Source: Candidatus Sumerlaeia bacterium
GTDB lineage: Bacteria > Sumerlaeota > Sumerlaeia > SLMS01 > JANRJK01
Direction of reading: 5' to 3'
Length of the DNA stretch: 64,000 nt
Assembly: GCA_033764015.1 (NCBI GenBank)
Contig: JANRJK010000023.1
Coordinates: 106,433 to 170,432 of the forward strand
The notes under the pieces were generated by a model that saw only the letters and a list, made by a program, of their open reading frames with translations, ran no database searches and was not told the origin of the DNA. The position numbers and the translations under genes are program-made. The stretch's first letter is position 1. The number at the start of each line of letters is the position of its first letter. Shown here piece by piece: positions 42,543 through 50,856 of the stretch.

Positions 42543-43192
42543 CGTGATCCACCAGCCACAATGCCACCGGGGCCGACGTAAGTGATGTCTCCGGCGCTGA
42601 CGGTGCCATTCGTCGGGTCGTACGGAAGGCCCGTCGCCTGGCCGCTGATGGTCCCAAGCGAGGCGTCCGCCACCGAAAGGCCCGGCTGGGAGTCGGGACC
42701 CTGCGAAGCGATCAGCCACTGGATGCTGGTCGGGTATCCAAACGCCACCACCAAGTCCTGCTTGAACGTGGTCGTCTCGTAGGTTCCAGCTCGGTCGAAG
42801 GCGGAGTAATCGTACGTCGCGAACTTGACGTTCCCGGAACCCGCGGGGATTCCTCGCCAGTCGCTTCGGGTCACATCGGAGTCGCCGAAGGGGTCGCGAG
42901 GGATCGACGTGATGTACGAAAGAGGCGTTGTGAGGTATGCCCAGCGTTCCTCGAGCGTGAACGTCTGCTGGCCGGTCGCGCGGTTGTAGTTGGGCGTCGG
43001 GACGTAGCGGTTGTTGTCCACGCGGTACGATTCGAGGGCGGTGGCGAGCGAGCGCATGTCGGACTTCGCGGCGCTTACCTTTGCGCGCACCTGCGCCTCA
43101 AGGAAGTTGGGGACTGCGATCGCCGCGAGGATAGCGATGATGGCGACAACAATCAGGAGTTCGATGAGCGTGAAACCATGCTTCCGGTTCAT
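42539..43192 (-). CDS. Type IV pilin / GspG-like prepilin
   Basis: G|FTLIELLIVVAIIAILAAIAVPNF; C-terminal YDPTNGTVSAGD. Confidence 0.9.
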   Translation of the reverse strand: MNRKHGFTLIELLIVVAIIAILAAIAVPNFLEAQVRAKVSAAKSDMRSLATALESYRVDNNRYVPTPNYNRATGQQTFTLEERWAYLTTPLSYITSIPRDPFGDSDVTRSDWRGIPAGSGNVKFATYDYSAFDRAGTYETTTFKQDLVVAFGYPTSIQWLIASQGPDSQPGLSVADASLGTISGQATGLPYDPTNGTVSAGDITYVGPGGIVAGGSR

Positions 43193-43301
43193 GGGAGGCC
43201 TTTCGGGGTGGGTCGGGGGTGGCATTGGTGGCATGCGGTGCCTTGTGCCCGGCCGCCGCGGTTGCGGCGCGGCGGCCGGGTGTCAGGCTTGGATGAAGCT
43301 C

Positions 43302-44810
43302 TTAGCGGCCGAACATTTCCCATTCGGCGACGCGGGATCCGGAAACGGGGATCTCGATCGCGCCGATGTCCGAACGCGTATCTGAGCCCGGGTTCGGCCG
43401 CCCCGTTCCGTTCAGGTCGAATGCAGGCAGGGTGATGAATCCGGCCCCGAAGGCGGCGTCGACTTCCGCCTGGGTGGCGCCGGCCGCGACCGTTGCGGAA
43501 GCGACGTTCGGGGCGAAATCGTCGGCCGCGATGTCCACGAGATCGGCGGGGGCGCTCACGCTTGCCGTGAAGGTCGCCGCTCCGTTTCCACCGTAGTTCG
43601 AACCGTTGAAGCCCCCATTGTCGCCACCGCGGACGGTGTCGATGAGGCAGTTCAAGAAGAACGAGTTCGAAATCTGGCCCCCGAAGCCACCCTCGATCGA
43701 AGTGTCAGCACCGGTGAAGACGCAATTGACGAAGTGCGCGGTCGCAGACGCCGTTCCGCCGTCGATCGATACTTGGTCCGCATTGAGGAATGTTGCATTC
43801 GAACTGAAGTTGTCGGCGATCGTGCAACCGACGACCTTGAGGTTCGCCTGGTTCTCACAGCGGATCGCGCCGGAAAAGATGCCCGTTTCGTTCTTTGCGA
43901 TCAAGCTGCTCCGAACCTCAAGATCGATACCATCCGCGACGAGGATGCCACCGCCGCTCCCCGGGGGCGTGTTGCCCGTAAGGGTACAGCGGTCCAGGGT
44001 CACCGTGCCATCCAGTGTCGCGCCGTTCCCGGTGAGGCGGAGGCCGACCTCGTTGTTGTTCGAAAACGATGTGTCCGTGAACGTGGCTGTCAGATTGGAC
44101 TGCCCATTGTTACTGAAGCCGTGGACATTGTTGCTATCGAAGTGGCCGCCATCGACGTCCACCACGCAATTCGCGGAGTTGAGCCAGACTCCTTCGTTCG
44201 AGTTCAGGCTGACCGTCAAGGAGCCGGTTGAGTTGAGCGTGAGCGTCGCGAACGCGGCGATGCCCGTCGCGTTGTCGCTGACGCTGTTCGTGCCGGCGAA
44301 GGTCACCGTCGAAGGAGCGAAGACGCTGATGCCGTTTCCGCCGTTGTTATCGATGACACTGTCCTCGATGAACAGGTTCAGCCCCGCGGGGATCCCGGGA
44401 ATCTCGATGCCGGCGCCACCGGCCGGCCCGAGGATGCAGTTGCGAAGCGTGTGCTGCGAGGCCAGGTACGAGTTGCCGGTGTACAGGATGGCGAAGCCAC
44501 CCGCGCCGCTGCCGATCGTCAAGCCCTCGAAGGTGACCGGGTCGTCGGCGTCGATGATCATGCCGCCTACCGAGGCCCCGGGGGTCGGCGTGTTGGCGCC
44601 GTCCACACTAATGATCTCAAGAGGGCCGGTCAGGCAGCAGAGGGTGAACCCGGCCTCCGTGTGGGTGTTGCGGACGAGGACCGTGCCCGTGCCGCCGAGG
44701 GCGCCGATGGCGGCCACGATCGTCGGTTGATCGTCGGGTACGGTGATGGCCGACGCGGTAGCGGCGATCGCGGCGAGGGCGCTAGTGATGATGAGGTTGC
44801 GGTTGCGCAT
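43302..44810 (-). CDS. Secreted right-handed parallel beta-helix protein
   Basis: Signal peptide, Asn-ladder repeats (IDNNGGNGI, FDSNNVHGF), DIGAIE motif; ends SRVAEWEMFGR. Confidence 0.75.
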   Translation of the reverse strand: MRNRNLIITSALAAIAATASAITVPDDQPTIVAAIGALGGTGTVLVRNTHTEAGFTLCCLTGPLEIISVDGANTPTPGASVGGMIIDADDPVTFEGLTIGSGAGGFAILYTGNSYLASQHTLRNCILGPAGGAGIEIPGIPAGLNLFIEDSVIDNNGGNGISVFAPSTVTFAGTNSVSDNATGIAAFATLTLNSTGSLTVSLNSNEGVWLNSANCVVDVDGGHFDSNNVHGFSNNGQSNLTATFTDTSFSNNNEVGLRLTGNGATLDGTVTLDRCTLTGNTPPGSGGGILVADGIDLEVRSSLIAKNETGIFSGAIRCENQANLKVVGCTIADNFSSNATFLNADQVSIDGGTASATAHFVNCVFTGADTSIEGGFGGQISNSFFLNCLIDTVRGGDNGGFNGSNYGGNGAATFTASVSAPADLVDIAADDFAPNVASATVAAGATQAEVDAAFGAGFITLPAFDLNGTGRPNPGSDTRSDIGAIEIPVSGSRVAEWEMFGR

Positions 44811-44868
44811 CAGGGCGGCTCCTAAGGCAGGTTGGGCGGTGCTGGGGCGGCGCTACTGAACCGATTTA

Positions 44869-44906
44869 TGGTATCGATAATAATCGGCGTCCTGTGATCG
44901 TCAACA
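44869..44906. promoter_or_regulatory. Two tandem putative LacI operators
   Basis: TGGTATCGATAATA (44869-44882) and TGTGATCGTCAACA (44893-44906). Confidence 0.6.
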
Positions 44907-45139
44907 GGATTCTCCAAGTGCGAACGCGCGCGCCCGGTCCGGGCTTACAGGCCCGTTCGCGCGCGGGACCCGGTCGGGGCCTCGGCCCCAAGATAGCGAA
45001 GATTGATCGCACTAAAGCCCTTGACGACGCGAATCCGCGCGGCGCTCGGCGCGACGCGGGCGTGTCCCTCCGCTGCGCTCCCCCGCGGGCTGGCGACAAG
45101 GGGGAGAATGTCCTTGCTATCCGCGCGCGCGAAGGTCAA

Positions 45140-45153
45140 TGGTGTCGTTAACA
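45140..45153. promoter_or_regulatory. Putative LacI operator
   Basis: TGGTGTCGTTAACA upstream of the GH81 start. Confidence 0.65.
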
Positions 45154-45174
45154 GTTGCTTGGAGAACCCGCGCC

Positions 45175-48100
45175 GTGAACCAACATGTGACCACTGCCGC
45201 CGCCTGCCTCCTCCTCCTGCTGGGGGCCCGTGGGGTCGTCGGCGCGGATTCGATCAACGTGAACTTTCGCGGCCTGTCCGGCGACTCGGTCACCGGCACG
45301 GCCGGCGTCTACGCGGAGCCCGCGAGCGGCGCGGTCTGGAACAACTTCACCGGCACCAGCGGCTCCGCCCCCTCGCTCCTCTCCAGCGTCGGGACAGCCT
45401 CCGGTGCGGCCCTCGCCTGGCAGGCGCAAGCGAGCTGGCAGGCCTTTACCCCGGGCGCCGGGCAGAACGAAAACCTCATGGACGGGTACCTCGCCGTCGG
45501 CTCCGAGGAGTTCGACTACGACATCACGGTCACCGGAATCCCGTACGCCTCCTACGACGTTTATGTCTACTTCGGCAACAACTCGATGGGCGCGGACGGG
45601 AACCTGCGGCTGAATGGCGGCGGCACCCAGTTCTTCTATCGCACCGCCGGCATCCTTCCAGCCTTCACGGGCTTCCAGCGTGTCACGGCCCGCACCAGCG
45701 AGGCGCCGCAGGATGGGAACTACGCGCTCTTCGAGGGCGTCGCCGGCGGCACGCTCGTGATCCAGCAGGCCAACGTCAACGGGGGCCAGGACAGCGGTGT
45801 CATGGGCTTCCAGATCGTTGATCGGGGCGCAGCGATCCCCGGTTTCCGGTTGAACGAATCCGTCTTCTCTTCCTCGGATCCGATCGAGTTGACCTTCGCG
45901 ACGGGCCCGGGTGCGGCCTCGAACAGCTTCATCCTGGTCGAGCAGGGCGCCAACCCCGCCACGGCGGTGCCTCTGGCGCGCCGGTACGTGGGTGGCGATG
46001 TCGTCCCGGGCGCGGCGCTGGCCTCCGGAACCGTCGCGTTTCCCAACGCGGGAGGCCAGGTCTTCGGTTGGTTCGACATCTACTGGGTCTCCGACAACAG
46101 CGGGTCCACCATCATCGACGGCCCGGAAACCATCCAGGTAATCCCCCCCGAGCCCACCGTCGTTCCCGTCGGCGCCGGATCCTACGCCTCCGCGCCCCCG
46201 TCCCACGAAGGCACACCTGTCCTCACGGAGGTCTACAAGCGCGTCTTCTACATCGACGAGTCCGCGGCGGACCGCCCCGTGCCGACCACCGATTGGTGGA
46301 CCGACCTAGTCATCAGCAGGTACTCCGGCGACCTCTGGGCGTATCCCCTGACGATTTCAGCGGATGCGCTCGGCGCTAACGTCTTCTTCCCGACGGCCTG
46401 GGCTGGGGACGGCGGCCAGATGGTGCTCGATTCTCCCATCGAAGTGCACGGCGAAGTGGTGCCCGACGTCGACCCGTCCGTCGTCCCCATCGCGGACTTC
46501 GAAGGTGGCGCCAACCCGGGTGGCTGGGTCCGCACCGGGACCGCCTTCCCGGCGGTCCCCGCCTCCGGCACCTTGCCCGGCCAGTCCGCCGTGAGCGGCT
46601 TCATCGGTTCGGGTCTTGCCAATAGCTTCAACGGCGGGGACGGCCCTGTCGGGAAGCTAACGTCCCCGGACTTCTCTATCGACCGCGACTACCTCCACTT
46701 CCTGATCGGCGGCGGAAACCACCCCAGCACCTTCTCGGGCGGCGACGACGCGACCTCGACCGCAGTGAACTTGATCGTGGGCGGCACGGTCGTCCGCTCC
46801 GCCACCGGCGCCAACAGCGAAGCGATGTCCTGGGTCCTCTGGGATGTACAAGCCCTCGCCGGCCAAACGGGACGCCTCGAGATCGTGGACAACGCCACGG
46901 GAGGGTGGGGGCATGTGCTCTGCGATGCGATCTTCCTATCCGACAGCAACCAGTTCTCCTCCGGCGCGGCGTCGAGCGTGTTTTCCCCGGTGGCGACCGA
47001 CGCCCTCGATTGGGGCGACTGGACGGTCACCGCGCGGATGGAGCATTCGACCGGCAAGCACATCGACATGACCTTCGGCCACGGGCTGCCCTACGCATGG
47101 TTCGAGGCCAGCAATGTGGAGCCGATCCTCCGAATGAATCCCGCAGCGACGTTCTTCGACACGGCCGGGGCGCCGGTCAGCCTCGCGGGTGCCCAGGTTC
47201 GCGATGTCGTCGGGGTGACCGTCGGTGGCCGCCATTGGGGTCTCTTCCTCCCCGACGCCACCTCGCTTCAATTCACCGGCGGCGCACTTAGACTTACCTT
47301 TGGCGGTTCAGGGACGTTCTTCGTTCTCTCGCCGCTGCCGAGCATGGCGGATCTCGCCCAGTTCCACAACCACGCCTACTCGGTCCCGCGGGACTCGCTC
47401 TTCAACTGGGAGTACTTTCCGGAGCAAGGGCGCGTGAACACCCAGTGGAACCTTGTGACGGACCAGCTCAAGGGGACTGCGAACGGAGTGATCCAGGGTT
47501 GGATCCCGCACCACTACCGGAACACAACGAATAATCTGGCACTCGCCGGGTTGGAGTACAACACGCCGCGCGGCCGCTTGAAGTGCGCCGTCGGAAACAG
47601 CTTCCAAATTTCCTTTCCGTTCAACGGGATGGCGCCGATGACGCCGGCTCCGGCCCCGACGGGTCTGGCCAACGATTACAGCGCCAGCATCATGGCGAAC
47701 GAGCTGGCGCGCGCGGCCACCGTCACCGGCTACGGCGCGGAGACCTACTTCGGCGGCAAGGACCTCGGTCGATTCGCGCAATACATGGCTATGGCGACGG
47801 AAACCGGTAACTCCGCGAGCGCAGCCACACTGATGAACAGCCTTCGCGCCGCCTTGACCGATTGGTTCACCTACACGCCCGGCGAGCGAGAGCACTACTT
47901 CGCGCGCTACCCCAATTACCGGGGCATGGTTGGCTTCAACGAAAGTTTCTACTCGTACCAGTTCACGGACCACCACTTCCATTACGGCTACTTCACAACC
48001 GCGATGGCCCTTGCGACGATGTACGATCCCGCCTTCGGCGAGGACTACGGCGAGTTCGCAACCCTGCTTGCCAAGGACTACGCCAATTGGGACCGCAACG

Positions 48101-48978
48101 ATACGGACTTCCCCTTCCTTCGAAGCTTCGATATCTGGGCGGGGCACAGCCTCGCGGGCGGATTCAGCTCCGGCGCGGGGAACAACCAGGAGTCGTCCTC
48201 CGAGGCGATGCAGTCGTGGGCGGGTCTCCTCTTCCTCGGCGAGGCTCTCGGCAACGAAGAGATGGCCGCCTGCGGTGCCATGGGCGCAGCGATTGAGTCG
48301 GCTGCGGTGATGGAATACTGGTTCAACTACCACGGCGACACACTCCCGGTACAGTATCCTTGGACCATCGTCGGTATCCTCTTCGACCGCGGCCCCGCAT
48401 TCGCCACGTTCTTCAGTGGCGATCCGGCATGGATCTACGGGATCCAATGGCTGCCGCTCCACCCGACGATTCTCGGATACCTTGGACGCGACCCGGTGTT
48501 CGCCGCGGCGAAATACTCGGAGATGGTGGCCGACCGCACAAGCACCGGCAACGGACCCACCGACATCGGCAACCTCGGCTCGGGCCTCGGGAACGTACTC
48601 TTGGGGTATCTGTCACTATACGATCCGGGTGCGGCGGCCGCCGAATGGGCACGCCTCGATGGAATCAACAGCCCCGTGGTCCAGACTATCGACACGGGCG
48701 GTCTCACTTACTACTTCACGCACTCGATGCGCACATTGGGCCCTATCCAGTGGGACCACCATCTGTCGGAACCGCTTGGCAATGTGTTCCGGAATGCGGC
48801 GACCGATGTCACAACCTACGTCGCCTTCAATCCGACACCGACCGAGCGAGAAGTGTCAGTATATCAGAACGGCCTTCGAATCGGCTGCTTCACCGCTTCT
48901 CCCAACGGCGTGACGGCCGTGACCGCCCTCAGCGTCTGCGACACAAGCGGTATTCCCGATGCACTGATCATCTACTAA
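45175..48978 (+). CDS. Multimodular GH81 endo-beta-1,3-glucanase
   Basis: PTTDWW, FTDHHFHYGYF, GNNQESSSEAM, IYGIQWLP; GTG start after GGAG. Confidence 0.9.
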   Translation: MNQHVTTAAACLLLLLGARGVVGADSINVNFRGLSGDSVTGTAGVYAEPASGAVWNNFTGTSGSAPSLLSSVGTASGAALAWQAQASWQAFTPGAGQNENLMDGYLAVGSEEFDYDITVTGIPYASYDVYVYFGNNSMGADGNLRLNGGGTQFFYRTAGILPAFTGFQRVTARTSEAPQDGNYALFEGVAGGTLVIQQANVNGGQDSGVMGFQIVDRGAAIPGFRLNESVFSSSDPIELTFATGPGAASNSFILVEQGANPATAVPLARRYVGGDVVPGAALASGTVAFPNAGGQVFGWFDIYWVSDNSGSTIIDGPETIQVIPPEPTVVPVGAGSYASAPPSHEGTPVLTEVYKRVFYIDESAADRPVPTTDWWTDLVISRYSGDLWAYPLTISADALGANVFFPTAWAGDGGQMVLDSPIEVHGEVVPDVDPSVVPIADFEGGANPGGWVRTGTAFPAVPASGTLPGQSAVSGFIGSGLANSFNGGDGPVGKLTSPDFSIDRDYLHFLIGGGNHPSTFSGGDDATSTAVNLIVGGTVVRSATGANSEAMSWVLWDVQALAGQTGRLEIVDNATGGWGHVLCDAIFLSDSNQFSSGAASSVFSPVATDALDWGDWTVTARMEHSTGKHIDMTFGHGLPYAWFEASNVEPILRMNPAATFFDTAGAPVSLAGAQVRDVVGVTVGGRHWGLFLPDATSLQFTGGALRLTFGGSGTFFVLSPLPSMADLAQFHNHAYSVPRDSLFNWEYFPEQGRVNTQWNLVTDQLKGTANGVIQGWIPHHYRNTTNNLALAGLEYNTPRGRLKCAVGNSFQISFPFNGMAPMTPAPAPTGLANDYSASIMANELARAATVTGYGAETYFGGKDLGRFAQYMAMATETGNSASAATLMNSLRAALTDWFTYTPGEREHYFARYPNYRGMVGFNESFYSYQFTDHHFHYGYFTTAMALATMYDPAFGEDYGEFATLLAKDYANWDRNDTDFPFLRSFDIWAGHSLAGGFSSGAGNNQESSSEAMQSWAGLLFLGEALGNEEMAACGAMGAAIESAAVMEYWFNYHGDTLPVQYPWTIVGILFDRGPAFATFFSGDPAWIYGIQWLPLHPTILGYLGRDPVFAAAKYSEMVADRTSTGNGPTDIGNLGSGLGNVLLGYLSLYDPGAAAAEWARLDGINSPVVQTIDTGGLTYYFTHSMRTLGPIQWDHHLSEPLGNVFRNAATDVTTYVAFNPTPTEREVSVYQNGLRIGCFTASPNGVTAVTALSVCDTSGIPDALIIY

Positions 48979-49038
48979 GGAATACCGATTGCACCACCTC
49001 CCCTTGACAACAAACAACTCCCCGCGACTGGACACGCG

Positions 49039-50445
49039 ATGATCTCCCAAGCTTCCTTCCTCCCGGCCGAACATCCGCCACACGAACGCAACGGCGAGCA
49101 AGTGCTATCAACCCGCCCCTACCACTCTTTCCCCCGCACCTTCTTGTGGGGTGTGGCGGCCGCCGCCTACCAGATCGAAGGCGGAGCCACCGAGGGGGGA
49201 CGGGGACCCAGCATTTGGGACACCTTCTGCGACCGACTGGGGGCGATTCGGAATGGCGACAGCGGAGCGGTCGCCTGCGACCACTATCATCGCTACGAGT
49301 CGGACCTCGACCTGATGGCGTCATTGAACGTCACAAACTACCGGTTCTCGGTGGCGTGGCCACGGATCTACCCCGAAGGCACCGGGGAGCCGAACCGGGA
49401 GGGAATCGCCTTCTACGACCGTCTGATCGACGCGATGCTCGAACGCGGCATCCAGCCGTCGGCCACGTGCTACCATTGGGACTTGCCGCAGGCGCTCGAA
49501 GATCGTGGCGGTTGGCGCAACCGCGATACCGCGAGGGCCTTCGCCGAGTACGCCGGGACGCTGGCCCACCACTTCGGCGACCGAGTCAAAATGTGGTACA
49601 CACTGAACGAACCGTGGTGCTCCTGGTGGCTCGGCCACAAGGATGGAATCCACGCACCCGGCGCCCGGGAGTCGGGGAAAGTCCTCCGCCAAGTGGCGCA
49701 CAACCTGTTGCTGGCGCACGGCGGAGGCACGCAAGCGCTCCGGGCGAATACCATCGCACCCGACCTCAAGATCGGCATTGTGCACAACTCAAACAACCTC
49801 ATTCCGTTCACGGAATCGGTTGAAGATGTCGACGCCACGCGTCGGATTTGGGAGGAGCGCAACGGGTGGCTCCTCGGGCCGGTGCTCCGTGGCGAGTATC
49901 CCGCCGGGGAACTTGCTGCTCTCGGGGCGGACGCCCCGGATATCGAGCCCGGGGACATGGAGCTGATCAACCAGCCCACGGATTTCCTCGGACTCAACGT
50001 CTACTTCTCGAACGAGGTCGTTCGCGCCAGTGAGGATCCCCAGTTCCTCGAGGCCTACTACCCGCGCACCGACTTCCAATGGCCGATCACTCCCGAAGCG
50101 GTGTACTGGTCACTCCGGTTCGCGAATGAAACTTACGGGCCGATCAGCCTTTACGTCACTGAGAACGGCTGCTGCTACCCCGACCAAGTCAACGCGCAGG
50201 GGCGCGTCGAAGACTTCGCCCGCCTTGCCTTCATCCGCGAGAACCTCAAGTGCGTCCACCGCGCCTCGAAGGAAGGGATCCCCGTCAAGGGGTACTTCCT
50301 CTGGTCGATCCTCGACAACTTCGAATGGGCGGAAGGCTATGCGAAGCGCTTCGGCATCGTCCACGTGAACTTCAACACCCAGAAGAGGACCCCGAAGGCA
50401 TCCGCGCTCTGGTACGCCCGGACAATGCAGCTGAACGGGTTCTAG
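49039..50445 (+). CDS. GH1 beta-glucosidase, cytoplasmic
   Basis: FLWGVAAAAYQIEG, TLNEP, YVTENG, DNFEWAEGY. Confidence 0.95.
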   Translation: MISQASFLPAEHPPHERNGEQVLSTRPYHSFPRTFLWGVAAAAYQIEGGATEGGRGPSIWDTFCDRLGAIRNGDSGAVACDHYHRYESDLDLMASLNVTNYRFSVAWPRIYPEGTGEPNREGIAFYDRLIDAMLERGIQPSATCYHWDLPQALEDRGGWRNRDTARAFAEYAGTLAHHFGDRVKMWYTLNEPWCSWWLGHKDGIHAPGARESGKVLRQVAHNLLLAHGGGTQALRANTIAPDLKIGIVHNSNNLIPFTESVEDVDATRRIWEERNGWLLGPVLRGEYPAGELAALGADAPDIEPGDMELINQPTDFLGLNVYFSNEVVRASEDPQFLEAYYPRTDFQWPITPEAVYWSLRFANETYGPISLYVTENGCCYPDQVNAQGRVEDFARLAFIRENLKCVHRASKEGIPVKGYFLWSILDNFEWAEGYAKRFGIVHVNFNTQKRTPKASALWYARTMQLNGF

Positions 50446-50448
50446 GCC
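50329..50448 (+). repeat. 120-bp direct repeat, copy 1 (GH1 3' end)
   Basis: Matches 53396-53515 with 3 mismatches. Confidence 0.95.
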
Positions 50449-50856
50449 GGGGAAGCCACTAACACAGGGGGGGGCGGCTGGCCGCCCCCCTTAAGATCCG
50501 TGCCCCTCCATAAGTTCGAAGTGTAAAGGACTAAGAGTGCTTAGCGGACCCCCACTGAGCTTGTTGAGGGTTCTTGGCCCGCGGTGCGGGTTCCCGGGTG
50601 GGACCATCGCCGACCGCCAAGCCCCTCTTATCCAAGGCCCTTTGGGGGCGCACCTTCGCACCCCCCAGGAAGAACCGACACCCGCCACACTCTACGACCG
50701 TAGCCCCGAGACCCCCGAAGGCTTTGTCGCCCTCGGGTACGCCAAGACACCCTTTCGCAGGTTGGGGGCTGGGAGTGGAGTGTTGCGCATCCTGACCAAG
50801 GGCATCAGAGCAACGGGTGGATTAACGTTTCCAACAACTCTCGAAGGAGCCGCAGC

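Noticed and set aside
37234..43175. Inverted similarity between the two pilin 5' ends as an invertible segment or shufflon
   Set aside because: Many synonymous differences show conservation is at protein level; no invertase present.
50450..50850. Possible IS remnant or structured RNA upstream of GH5
   Set aside because: No terminal inverted repeats, transposase fragment or recognisable riboswitch motif found by eye.
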